Part shown: piece by piece, positions 1 through 12,449 of the stretch
Numbering within the stretch: the first letter of the stretch is position 1
How the letters are laid out: every line of letters starts with the position of its first letter
The notes under the pieces: model-generated
The model's database searches: none
What the model was told of the DNA's origin: nothing
What the model saw: only the letters and a program-made list of their open reading frames with translations
Translations under genes and position numbers: made by a program
DNA from: Vicugna vicugna
Taxonomy: Eukaryota
Length of the DNA stretch: 64,000 bases
NCBI GenBank assembly: GCA_013265495.1
Contig: MU058636.1
Span: forward strand, 5,801,741-5,865,740
Reading direction: 5' to 3'

Positions 1-164
1 TGACTGAGAGCTTTAAAGCCAGATGGGATTTAGGGGCCACTTAATCTAGTGCTACCTACTCACCAGTCATTAGACTTATGCTGGGCTCCCTGCCTATGAA
101 CTTAAATCTAATTTCCCCATCTTCAGATAAGAAAAGAGTTTTCCAGGGGACAAAAAAGCACTCT

Positions 165-303
165 AGTTTTTAAGTGCAATTTCTAGGCCCTGCCCTGTAT
201 TTTCTGACTGAGGAATTTTGTGGGTGTGGCTTTGGTAATCTGTATTTTTTAAAAAAGATTCCCAGGTGATTCTATGAGCCAACTGTTTGGGGAAACCACG
301 GAT
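165..303. mobile_element. MER5A/B-like hAT-Charlie DNA transposon fragment
   Basis: Contains MER5 hallmark 'aatctgtatttttt...ttcccaggtgattct...gtttggggaaaccac'. Confidence 0.55.
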
Positions 304-3034
304 ACTAGTCTAACCTCTTCAGTTTGGAGATGCTGAATCCGAGGGCCCCTTGTGTTGGTTAGATGAGGGAGGAGAAGCTCCCTGATTTCTAGTCCTTTTT
401 TGCTCCTCACTAGCCACCCGATGATGAAATCCTTTCTGTCCCCTGCGAATGTGAATTCGGAGTGAGAGGCGTGGGAGGTGGTGTGGGGCTACAACCCCCT
501 CCACAGACAGAGTGGAGATGGATTGACGCTAGGGATTGTTAATTTGCCTTATTCCCTTCGCTGGGAAACTTTAAAACCAAGGGGAAAATTTAATCGGCTG
601 ATAAATAAATGAAGTTTTATAAGTAAATAGGGAAATGGGTTAGATAACATCTTAATATCTCTTCTAGCCCCAGCATTCTGTGCTTCAGTAATTTAGTTAC
701 AAAGGAACCCACTGGCACTTTCACTTTCTTTTGTTAAGATGTTTTCTGCAGAAGCTTCCTCAGTAGAAGAAACATACATTCTTCCTCCTTCTTTCAACGT
801 AACTTTTCTTATCTGAAAAGGTAACTACGCTGTAAACACTTACAGATGAAAAACCGACCCCTCCCTGCCTTCCGCACTTACTTAGCACTTTCAGATCGAA
901 TGTGCAGATAGCTTCAGTGGCTGGGCTTGCAGCGGGCTTAGCACAAATACAACAGCACCACCTTGTGTTGTGTTCCTGGGAGAATTTACCTCTAACAGGA
1001 CAAAAGCTTGGGTGAGGAGGGGTGGAGCAGGATGTAGAGAGGAAGCCTCTGTGTTCGCTACTGAAAGCAGCTCTGCTGCACCCATTCCCTAGAAAAACTC
1101 TTCTGTCCACCACCAGCCTACAGTTTTCTCCTATAAATTGTATGTGTGTCTGTTAAATATATCTATATATTAAATATTATACATAATCTATAAGGTGGTT
1201 GGGAAATGGAAAAGCAGAAATACACATATATTAATAAAAGCCTAGGCAAGCACAATGCTTTAGCATATATTTATAGGAAAAAATTACAATTTTACTTTCA
1301 GAATACTTGAGGGCAAATGCACATTTAATGCGAACTATGATTTAACTCTTTTTCTAAAGACTCCCCCCATATTCAGAAAGGTCGCTTTTAAGTAATATGT
1401 TTGCCTATTAAAAGAATAAAAGGATTTTTCACAATACCTCTCTCATAATAATTCTGTCATGGATAAGGGTAAATACTTCTATTATGGGTAAACTCTTTTA
1501 TTTCCCAAGTAGAGATGTAGAGTTTTATTCATATTTGAATCTTCTCTGTGGGGTAAGCTGAGAAAACTATATATGTACATCAACTTGGGACTGAAGGACT
1601 GTACTTTGAAAAACACCAAAATAGAAATATTGCCCAGCGAAATACGCTGCTCTTGTCTCATCTTTTCACCAGAAACAACACAGCTAATTAAGGAAGATTG
1701 TTTTCAGTTACAGTTTGAAATGTCAAGATTGGTGTAACAAATTAGCGATTCTTTGTCCCTGAAGTCATCTGGAAAATTGAGTCTGAGTCCTTACAACCTA
1801 CACACAATTATAGGATGGAAAGTTACAGAATCAGAAAGTAGCAACTTCAGGGCGTTTATGGGACTGGTCAGGCAGCCAGCCTTACCCAGAAAGCCCTGCC
1901 AAAGGCTCAGTGATGTTGCTTTTCGTTGCAAAAGGGGGATTTAGTCTTCTAAGTTTATTTTTCATCACTGATCCAGTCTCTAGAGTATACATTTACTGCA
2001 CTGAGATAATAACTTTGAATAAAGACTACAAATAAAAGAAAAAAAAACTTCTTTAATTAGCCATGTCCTTTCTGATGAAAAGATCACACAAGTAGAATAT
2101 TTGGTTGAGCAGAATTTCTATTGTTTGGATAAAATTTTTTCTATTATGTACTCCAGTTAAATTACAGTCTAATTTATAAGAATTGTAAATTTATATTTAA
2201 AGATACCTGTAATGTTCAAGTGTTAATTGTTAACTTGGTGGGCATTCAGCAATTATCAGTTGATAAATATGATGAAAATGCTCTTCCTTTCTTCAAGCAA
2301 AAACATCCTGAAAAATCTCAAGGGCTATTCATTGGTCTGCTAATCACAGCCTCTTGACTTGTCGTTCTTAGCACTGTTACTTCCCTGCACAAAAAAAGGT
2401 TCTACGCCTTCCTCCAGCCCTGCACTAAGGGTGTCTCCTCACTAAAGGGCATCTATTTGAAACAGAATAGGGACTCCACCTTTGCCCCAAACCTTCCTTT
2501 CCCTTCCATTAGACTTTCTTCCCTACTTAGCAGAGAATTACTTCATACTCTCCACAAAATACAAATATAGTCGGCCCTTAGTATTCACAAACAAATTCAC
2601 CACCTTGTCCATTACCTGCAGAAGCCAGGCTTATTTCTCCTTTATCCAGTTGGTGCGGTTCAGTAGGTTCAAGCGCATTTTAAATTAATTCAAGTGAAAC
2701 ATTAATAGAAGGAAATCTCCTTTTTAAAATTCTATAGTACATTCCAAAGCAAAGTAGAAATTTAAAAAATTGTTACTTTATATTATTTTTTGTCTTTATC
2801 ATGGCCATTAGCTGTTTTATTTTTATCAAATATATATTGAAAATATTCTGGGCAGTCTAATTTGGGTCCTGAGGAGATTACAGACTTAATTCTTAGTGTC
2901 TCTTAATTCTAAGCTGCCAGCTACATGTTTTCATACTCAGGAGACAAGAAGTGACTATTTGCTGATAATGGATTAACAACTTTTTAGAATGGTGGGCTGA
3001 TTTTAGAGAAACTGATAGGATTTACAGTGGTGGT

Positions 3035-3335
3035 TTATGAATCTACTTGGACTGCCACAACAAAATACCACAGATTGAGTGACTTAGAAATTAGTTTTCT
3101 CACAGTTCTGGAGGCTATAAATCCAAGATCAAAGCGCCAGCAGGATTGATCTCTTGTGAGGCTCCCATCCTGTCTTGCAGATAGCCGCCTTCTCACTGTG
3201 CCCTCACCTGGAGTTTGCTCTGTGCACACACAGAAAGAGAGAGCTCTCTGGTGTCTCCTCCTCTTTCGTAAGATAGTTCTGCTATATTATGGCTTCAGCA
3301 TATGAATTTTTGGAGGCACAATTCAGTCCATAACA
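3035..3335 (-). mobile_element. MaLR LTR (MLT1A-type), 3' LTR
   Basis: 'ctgccacaacaaaataccacaga...ttctcacagttctggaggct...ccaagatcaa...cacaattcagtccataaca' is the reverse complement of an MLT1A LTR. Confidence 0.8.
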
Positions 3336-3750
3336 TTCCGCCCTCTGGACTCCCCCAGTTTTTGTTCTTTTCATATACAAAATACATTGACCCCATCCCA
3401 GTAACCCTAAAAATCTTAACCCAGTCCAAACATCAATTCCAAGTCCAAAGTCTCATCTAAATATTATCTAAATCAGGTGTAGATGAGACTTGAGGTGTGA
3501 TTCATCTTTAGGAAAAATTTCTTTCCAACTGTGAAGCTGTGAAACCAGACAGGTTATATGCTTCTAAAGTGCAATGGTAGGACAGGCATAGATTAGATAA
3601 TCCCGCTCCAAAATGGAGAAATGGGAAACAAGAAAAGGGCGATGGGTCCCAAGCAAATCCAAAACCTAGCGCGGCGAATTCCATTAATCTTAGCACTTGA
3701 GAATATTCCTCTGCGGCCCTATGGCCTGCCTGCAGTGCTGCTGGGTGGCA
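3336..3750 (-). mobile_element. MaLR (MLT1/MST) internal sequence, 3' end with polypurine tract
   Basis: Directly abuts the LTR. The minus strand reads AGAGGGCGGAA (PPT) before the LTR TG; 'ccaagtccaaagtctcatct...gagacttgaggtgtgattcatc...ctgtgaaaccagac' matches MaLR-int. Confidence 0.7.
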
Positions 3751-5849
3751 GTGTAGCCCTTTGAACAGTTCCTAGAACATAGCAGTTTCCTAATACTTGC
3801 CACTTTACCCTCTTTCTTGCTAAAGTTTAATGGAAAGAATATGATTTTCCGTTGCCTGGAATCTCTAATTCTATAAACAACTTTAAAGTAGCTCAAATGT
3901 GCTTTTTAATAAAGTTTGGTGCTAACTTGTTGATTTCTAGTTTTGATGGAGAAAGTGCCACTCATTCTGTAGTGAGCTGCTGACTTAAATGACTACTATA
4001 TGGGTGTTTGATTCAAGCAGTGGCTGGAACTCTGGAAACAAATCCATGCAAATCCAGGAGATGGTGGCAAAGCCTTAAATTTTCTATAATTTGACTACTG
4101 AATTAGTGTCTACAACGTTCTGTGGAGTGCTCAGCCAGCTTCGGAGCACATCAGGATCGTCAGCACACTTGCTAGAGAAAAGCCAGCCTCTTCAGTTTTG
4201 GCCCAGAAGTTTTGACTTACTTTTCTCCATACCTCAAGGCAGTTCTAAAAATATTGGAAAAATTTTTAAACATCGAACACTTCATATTTAAATTTTTTTC
4301 ATAATCTTGACTAAACAGTTAAGTTCTGAGCTTGTGTTGGGGGTGGAGGGGATAAAATGTGGTTGACATATGTATTATTCATACCACGTGCAGGAAACCA
4401 GTAACAGTCATTGGATCCAGGTAGCGTGACCTTGGCAGATACGGTCTCTGCCGTCATTGGTGTTTATAGAATGGTGTGGTAGAAAAATACTTAAACCTAC
4501 ACGAATGGACAAGTAATTACAAATATGATAAAAGCCATGAAGAAAAACCCTCAGCTGAAGGCACTGCGATACAGGTTACTCCTCTGTGTGTCGAGCACAG
4601 CACAAATCATCTTCTCCCCATGGCTCTGGCTACTTTAAATCCCCTTCCTGGAGTGCTCTAAGGAAGACATCAGCACTACAGGACATGCTGAAGTACGGGT
4701 TAGGAGAAAATACTGACAGACTATCCTTGCTCCCAGTGTAAGTTGTAGGGGAGAAGAAATCCCTTACAAAAATTCCCATAGCCTAAACTCTGCTTTCGAA
4801 ACAGGCCACAGAGCCATGGCAGGCTTCTAGAGAGTCCAGATTGAAAATTCGTATGTAGAAGAATAGCATGCTTGTTTTCAGAAGAGAGCTGGGGAAAGTG
4901 CCTCCAACCACACCCACCAATGATATCACCGTTTTCCAGAAGGCTTGCCTGTAAAATGGAGCCTACTTGGCTGGACAGAGGAAGCATGATTGCAGCCCCA
5001 CCCCTGATGTCGACCCTGTGCCAGGAGCATGCAGAGCTTTAATACTATTTTATAGGACGAGTATCAGTCCTCTCACTTCCCTCCTCGCAGTGCAAACTCA
5101 AATGCCAACTTTGACCTTCCTTTCTGCCCCTTCTGTCCACACTCCCCACCACTGCAGCAAAGGAGAGCTGGGTCTTTTCCAGGAACAGCTTCGGTCTTGC
5201 TCAGATGAAAGGCACGACACCAGAGTGAGGCAGCCTTGTTATTCATCAGCCTTAATTTGCAGAAGATGACGCAGTTGCAGGGACTGTGCTTTAAGTACCC
5301 CTTCAGCCGTGCTGAGAGTCAAGCATTATTCAGCTAGGTTCTAAGTGGCCACTTTAAATCATGCTAAAGGCTGTACCATTTCAGTGCTGGAGGCAGGAAC
5401 TGAACACCAATAATGTGCTATTGGTAAACTGCAGTGAACTCTGTAATTCTGAACCCTGAGCACATATTCATGCTCACAAAGCTGAGTGTTCATGCCAGGG
5501 AAGCTTGGAGCCATTGGAATGCAGCAGGGCTGATTCTGTCCAATTTGACTTGAAGGGTATTTAATTGAAAACTTACTTTAAATAGTCAAGACTGAGGAGA
5601 TAAAAGACCCTGAAAATCTATACAGCTAGTCCCTTGGGAAACATGTCCAGCTTAACCAGTTGTGAAGTGCACTGGCTATTTGAGACAGTCACGTGCGTAA
5701 ATATCCTTCCAGGCCACTCAGGTTCCATCTCTTCATATGTTCTTCACCAGTGCTGTTGGTTTGCCGTGCGCACCCTCTCTCTGTCCTGAGCACACATAGC
5801 CCTTATTGTGTGCTTAGTATTTTATTCACCGTGTGTTCCATTGAGACAC

Positions 5850-6080
5850 GAAAAGGTCATGGGCTGTGGGGTCAGGTGGATCAGGATTTAGACACCAGTT
5901 TGGACATTTGTGAGCTATGTAATTCTGAGCCATTGGCTTAACCTCTTTGAACTTCAGTTTTCCTCATTTGTAAGATGGAACAATTACAGCAATACCTTGC
6001 ACAAGGTAAAGATTTAATGTGACAAGACACGCCAGCCGCCTAGCACAGGGCGTCCAAGGTGCTTAATACATGGTAGCCAC
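5850..6080 (+). mobile_element. MIR SINE
   Basis: Core 'cttaacctctttgaacttcagttttcctcatttgtaagatgg' and tail 'gcttaatacatggtagc'. Confidence 0.7.
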
Positions 6081-6767
6081 TAACAGAAGTAGCAGGAATC
6101 GTAGCAGCAGGACTGTTACGCATAATATGTTGTCTTTCTCCCTGCAAAACACTGTTCTTGCGAAAAGGATCACACTATATACTTGTGTGGTACCTCAGCA
6201 TTTCTAGCCTGGGATGCAAGCAATACTCAGTAAGTGTCGATTAAAATGTACTGACATGAATGAGCTGGGTAGCAATACATTTGCCCAGTTAGGATAATGA
6301 GACAGAAGCCTGGGCCACTAATTATCCCGAAGAGTGACAGGTGTTACACAGAAAGAGGACACATTAGAAATATAAAAATAAGAACTTCCTCTTTCACAAA
6401 CAGTTTGAGTTCCTTTAGGGTGAGGAGGGGTGGAAAGAGAAAAGTGAGGGAAGCAAATAAAATAGAAAAGGGCACATCGTAGGGAAAAAGAAAAGGGAAC
6501 CTATATATGCTGAGCACTATATGTTAGCCCTTTACATGAAATCCTCACTCTGTACTGAAATTTAAGTCCCGTTAGCCCCAAGAGTGCAAACAAACTTATC
6601 CAATGTCCTGCAGCCAATAAATGGTAGAACTAAAAACTATACTCAGGGCTGTCAGCCTTCAAGTGTGGGTTCATTCACAGCTCTGTGCTGCCACACTCTT
6701 GTACCAGAGAGCTAGGAATTGCTATTCTGTGCCACTTCATCTTCTAGCTGTCACCTTGCCCTTCACC

Positions 6768-6898
6768 AGAGTGATGCATAATTCATCATTCAAAACAGGA
6801 CATCCTTGAGAGTGAAGGAGAGAGCTATTGATAATCTCTCCAGGACAAGAGGCCAAAATGGAACTGCCTTGGGTAAAACTTGACATTTGGCTATACCA
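6768..6898 (-). mobile_element. MER94-like hAT-Blackjack MITE
   Basis: 'gtgatgcataattcatcattcaaaacaggacatccttgagagtgaagg...ccaggacaa...gggtaaaac' resembles the reverse complement of MER94; about 130 bp. Confidence 0.55.
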
Positions 6899-6974
6899 AC
6901 TCAGAAGAGTTGACTACACCCTGAACCTCCTTAGCTCTCAAGGACTAATAGCTCATGCTGTTACACTATTCATG

Positions 6975-8530
6975 CTCCTCACTCTCTAAATGGCTCTTGG
7001 TAAGGTCACCAGAGACCTCCCCTCCTTGCCTTCCCTAAACCACAAAGACATATTTAGTCCTTTTTTCATTTGACTTCTCATTATACTTTATTAGTGGCCA
7101 TTTTCCTCTGATACTTTGTAACCCCTTGGCTTACAGGAGACAGCACCCTTCTAGGCATCCTCCTGTGTCTCTAGCTTTTCTAACATGTTATCTTCTACCC
7201 AACTTCTAAATACTGGCGTTCCTTAAGTCTTGGTCAGAAGCCTTATTTTTTTTTAATCTAATTTCCTCTTATAAGCTCTCCCTTGGGAACCTCATTAACC
7301 CTGATAGCTTCATATAACATCTCTTTTTTTTAACATTTTTTATTGATTTATAATCATTTTACAATGTTGTGTCAAATTCCAGTGTTCAGCACAATTTTTC
7401 AGTCATTCATGGACATATACACACTCATTGTCACATTTTTTTCTCTGTGATTTATCATAACATTTTGTGTATATTTCCCTGTGCTATACAGTGTAATCTT
7501 GTTTATCTATTCTACAATTTTGAAATCCCAGTCTATCCCTTCCCACCCTCTACCCCACTGGTAACCACAAGTCTGTATTCTCTGTCCATGAGTCTATTTC
7601 TGTCCTGTATTTATGCTTTGTTTTTGTTTATGTCCATCAACAGGTGACTGGATAAAGAAGATGTGGTATATTTATACAATGGAATACTACTCAGCCATAA
7701 AAACCGACAATATAACACCATTTGCAGCAACATGGATGCTCCTAGAGAATGTCATTCTAAGTGGAGTAAGCCAGAAAGAGAAAGAAAAATACCATATGAG
7801 ATCGCTCATATGTGGAATCTAAAAAACAAAAACAAAAACAAACAAACAAACATATAACATCTTTAATTAACCATCAAATTTTTATTTCCAGCCCAGATCT
7901 TTCTTCTGAGCTTTAGGCCATTGGTTTACTCAACAGTGATTCTTGGATATTTAATAGGTACTTCAACCTCAGTAAGCCCAGAACTCATCGCTTTCTTCCA
8001 CCATCATCAACTCAGCTTTCCCTTAATGACCACTAGCTCAGTGATGATCACGTCCATCCATCCAAGTGTGTTTAGTTGGAAACATCCTCTTCTTGGCCTC
8101 ACACCATTTGAAATTGATTATCAGTGTTAAGTGTACCTTCTAAATGTCCATCTCTCCTCATCTCTTCTGCCACCACCCTAGTCCAAACCAACATCATTTC
8201 TGTCCCCAATTATAATGGCTTCTAGACTCTCTCCACATTCATTCTGACCTCTAATTATCACCCTGCAGCATCTCAACCTCTCTTACTTCATCTTCACCCT
8301 CTTCTCCTTCTCTCTTCAGCCCCACTAATCTATTGGATCCTCAGTCCATGATCCTTCTTGCTTTAGAAGTTTAGAATGTTCTTCTCCACGGTGGATAATT
8401 TACTCGTCCCCCAGGTCTCAGATTAGATAGCCTTTCCTCAGAGAAGCTTTTTAGAGCTCCTAGACTAGGTTGAGTCTCCTTGTCAGACATTTTTGTGGCT
8501 TCCTGTAATCTTCTTTTGAGGCATTTATGA
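6975..8530 (+). mobile_element. L2 LINE fragment interrupted by an L1 insertion
   Basis: 'ggctcttggtaaggtcacca', 'atttccagcccagatctttcttctgagct' and 'ctgccaccaccctagtccaaacc' are typical L2 motifs, found on both sides of the L1 at 7323-7850. Confidence 0.6.
7323..7850 (-). mobile_element. Young 5'-truncated L1 with 5' inversion (twin priming)
   Basis: Poly-T plus minus-strand L1 3'UTR (7323-~7630), then plus-strand ORF2 C-terminus (CPSTGDWIKKMWYIYTMEYYSAIK; ~7631-7850). 12-bp TSD catataacatct at 7311-7322 and 7851-7862. Confidence 0.9.
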
Positions 8531-8539
8531 AAATTGTTG

Positions 8540-9410
8540 TCCCAATCTTGCCTTGTAGCACGACATAACTTTATTAGATATTGATGCTATTCTAATGGTC
8601 TTGGGCAGGTTCCACAGCATCACTCAAAAACTAATATTAATAGCCAATGGCCAGGATGGAGCAGAGGCCCGTGATCTTATAATTTCATTGGTTCACTCAC
8701 TTTGAACTTGATGGATGAAGCAATGACTTGCAGTGGGGCAGTTTAATGATCTGACATGGGGCAAAAGCAAGATAAAAATGCCATGTAAAGCCCTCTAAAC
8801 TCTAATCACAAGCACTTTCTTTGGTCAGATGAAACAGGCAGACAGACCAAGGGTGTTAGTAAGACAATGAAGAAACGAGAAAAAGCATGGATCACACTGA
8901 GTGAAGTCAAGAGAACTGTAAATGACAATGCCTGATACAAGAATGGATGATAAATTCTGTAAAGAAGTCCCAAAGCTGGTTGTCAATCCCAAATCCCTGT
9001 TACACACAATGCCAGGACTCTGCATCATCTGTAATGATACCATAAATGTGAGTGGTGACAATGTGTTGATACAAGATGTAACTTTAAATCTAATTTGTTT
9101 AATTAGCACAGTTTGTAGAATTTTGTCCTAATACTACATAGTTACTCCTCATGTAGTTATTGCCATTTAAAATAAGTATTAGTTTTCACAGGATAATTTA
9201 TCTAATCACTTTCATTTTATGTTCTTGATGATCCTAAGTACTTTAAAAACTCATTTGTGGGCAATTAAAATGCACTTTTATATTTCTAAATTACATATTC
9301 TATTAAAAAGCACTTTAATCTAAATGTAGTGGTATGCCATAAAAATTCTGTTTGTGTCAGATTTACATCTATCAAAAATTGCTATGGTGTATAAATTGAG
9401 CTTTGCCTTG
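8540..9410. mobile_element. Possible ancient TcMar-Tigger-like DNA transposon remnant
   Basis: Loose resemblance to old Tigger (Tigger13-like) consensus at both ends; TIRs not clearly recoverable. Confidence 0.3.
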
Positions 9411-10747
9411 ATGCCAGGGTTCTTTTCCCCAGAGTTTATTCTTCTGGAATATCCAGCAATGTTAGTGTTTCTGTCAAAACTGCATTGACATCCTCCCTAA
9501 AAGAGGCCATTAACCTTTGGGGATGGAGTGTGATGAGGATGGACAGGGGTTCCAAAGTGAAAGATGTACTTCTTGCTAGATTTGAGAAAGTAGGGTTGTA
9601 GCATGGTAAAAGCTGAAGGAAATATGGGTCCCAGGAAGAGGTGGTTGCAGATGACCATGGGAGATGAAGTGTGGAGATTATTCCCTAACTTGTCTTTACA
9701 TGGAACCAAGTGTTCTGTGAAGGGTGGAGCGCTGTTAGTGGGTTTTTCAGATCCAAAACCAACTGGACAGCTAACTTGTTAACTAAGGCAAGGAGACCTT
9801 GGAGAAAATGATAATTCATTTTATAACTATTGAGCTGGAAATAACTGTAGAGGTCATTTTGTTCAGCCTTCCTTAGAGTACACAGTTTAAAATTAGAGCC
9901 AAGATACACGGAATTATATTGGCTCTTGATAGAATCCACAGAGAGGTAATTTTCACAAGATGGTCAAAGACAATTAAACACTCAGTTAAAGGAACAGATA
10001 TTTAAATAGGTAAAGAGAATGCTGAAAGATGATCTCATCACAATTAAGATAGTGATCCTGGTATATATCAATAATTAATGACATATGTAACATGTAACCA
10101 TTTTATTGAACAAGCTTGACTTAAGAGGATACAAACCGATTTTATTCTTTATCACTATTCTCTATTAAACATCTTGTGTCGAATAGTTCTTTGCCTATCT
10201 CTGGATGAAAACTTAGGAATCACGCTGGCCTTGGCCACTCTTCGCTGTCTTTCTTCTCCACCTACCTCTCCGGAGTCAACAGCGGTTGAGACTAGTGTAG
10301 ATGAGGCATAGAATGGTCTCGATTGGCTGACATGGCTGTGATTCAGTGATCCTTCTGCATATGGCAGATTCCAAATTCTGATTCTTTGCGGGCTGCTTGC
10401 TGACTTCTTTGAAGACCCTCTCCCCCATGATGGCGCTCTGCCGCCTGCAGTCCCGTCCTCCGGCTGTCTGCTGGTACCTTTCCCCTCAGCCACCTGCTCC
10501 CTTTGCTGGGGCGTTTCATCCCTTTTAAACAGTGCTCTTGGGCAGAGACATTTTTAAAAGGACCGGAGGCTGACATTCTCCTGTAGGTCTAGTCCTGGCC
10601 CTTGGGAAGTTCAAGGTGTCTTTCTTTGCCCCATCCAACTCTGGCAGTGCAGAATATTCCTTATGTAGCTGTGGTTCCTTCCCTCTTATGTAGCTGGGAC
10701 CCTACAAGATTCTTATCCCCGGGTTAGTCAATCAAGCACTAATCTAC

Positions 10748-11322
10748 GTGTTGCTGTGAAGGCACATAGTGGACGTAAGTAAGGTTACTAATCAGCTGAC
10801 CTTCAAATAGGTAAATTATCCTGGTGGACTCGGTATAATCACATGAACCTTTAAAACCAGAAGGGGAAGGTGGAATTGTTAAAGAGATGCAACAGAAGAG
10901 GAGAGCAAGAGATATGAAGTAGAAAGGGAGGTCAGAGATATTCAAAGCTTGAGAAAGATCTGATTTACCATTGCTGATTATAAAGCTGGAGGAATTTGGC
11001 CATAAGCCAATGAATGGGAGCAGCTGAGAATTACTTCCAGACAACAACCAGCAAGGAAATAGGGACCTCAGACCTACAAACATAGGCCACTGAGTTCTGC
11101 CAACAATTTGAATGAACCTAGAAGTAGATTTCCCCCCAGAACTTCCTAATAGAAGCCCTGCTTAATGACACTTTGATTTTGGCCTTGTGAGACTCTAAGC
11201 AGAGAAACCAGCCAAGCCAACCTGAATTTCTGACCCACAGAACTGTGACATAATAAATATGTGTTGTTGAAAGCCTCTAAATTTGTGATAATTTGTTATA
11301 ATAGCAATGGGAAAATAATGCA
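10748..11322 (+). mobile_element. MaLR LTR (older MLT1E/F/H-type)
   Basis: 'agggacctcagacctacaa...gagttctgccaacaatttgaatga...gacactttgattttggccttgtgagactctaagcagagaa...cccacagaactgtga...aatttgttata'. Confidence 0.75.
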
Positions 11323-11979
11323 CACTTTCATCTAAATGTCACTGCCATTTGCTTCCAGGATCTCTGACTCTCTTTCTTCCCATAGCTGATGAGAGTCTAA
11401 GAACAAGTATGTGATTCCTTTTACGGGATGTGTTTGGGTGGGATGAAGAAGGGAATGGAAAGTTTGACATACTTTGAAACCCACAGCAGTATGCAGCTAT
11501 GAGCATAGTCTGTCTATATTTCTCCTATTTAAAAGGAGCCTCATTTAAATAGGAGCCTTTTGAGTTCTTAAAACAAAACAAACAAAATCTTTGTGCTCAA
11601 AATTTTCTCTTTGTTCAATTTCTGTTCAAGACTGTGCTTCCTGGGGCTTCCTGCACACACTGTGTCTAGTGGAGTACTGTACTCAGGGGCAGAGGAAGGA
11701 TGGAAAGGACATTCTTTGCTAGAAATTTGACTCAAATCTCAGAATTTTTAAGAAGAAAAGAGCGAGAATTTCATGGACAGGTCAGTGGATTGTGGAAAAC
11801 CTTCCCAGAGAAAAGATTACCTGAAAAATGATCTGTTGTTGAAATTTTACTTCACGCTGTGTTACTCTGAGATCCTTACACCAAGCACTGGCAGCATTGT
11901 GAGGAGAAATGATCATTTCATCTGAAAACCACAGGGCGTGACCTTTCTGGAGGTATCATGCCAAACCCGTGTGTCTTAT

Positions 11980-12449
11980 TGTTACCAAACTGAGGTTCAG
12001 CTGCTTGCCATTCAGAAGCCAATGAAAAAACAGGCAAGCGCCAGAAAGGAAAGATGCTTTAATCAGAGAAACTGGCAATATGAGGAGAAGGTGGATTCAT
12101 GTCCTGAGGCTAGCTCCAAAGATTCTGCTCAGCCTTGACAGTTTTTTAAAGAGAAAAAGGTGAGGAAGAATCTCAGTGACTTGGTGAGGCAGGAGGTTGG
12201 GTTCTGCATCATTCTCCATTGCGTGCAGGCTGGTGGACTCTCTCATTTGATGTTATCTTTCCCCGTGATCTGCCTCCAGGATTGCTAGAGATTCTTCAAC
12301 TACTACTAACTACACATTCTTTAACTACTTAATTCTTCATTCTTACTTCTTTTTATCTAGGAAAAGAATCTGTAGGTCAGTTAGGTTCTTTCAGGGTTAG
12401 AAAGGAACAGAAATGGGAAAACAGGAAAGGGGCAAAAGAGCTGCTTTCA
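11980..12449 (-). mobile_element. Solo LTR, ERV1 class (470 bp)
   Basis: TG...CA termini (tgttacc...gctttca) with a 4-bp TSD ttat at 11976-11979 and 12450-12453; minus-strand ATTAAA poly(A) signal near 12060. Confidence 0.75.

Noticed and set aside
752..820. Exon-like segment ctgcag|AAGCTT...GAAAAG|gtaact (69 nt, one open frame)
   Set aside because: The peptide SFLSRRNIHSSSFFQRNFSYLK is unrecognised and has no partner exons. Chance splice-like pairs are common.
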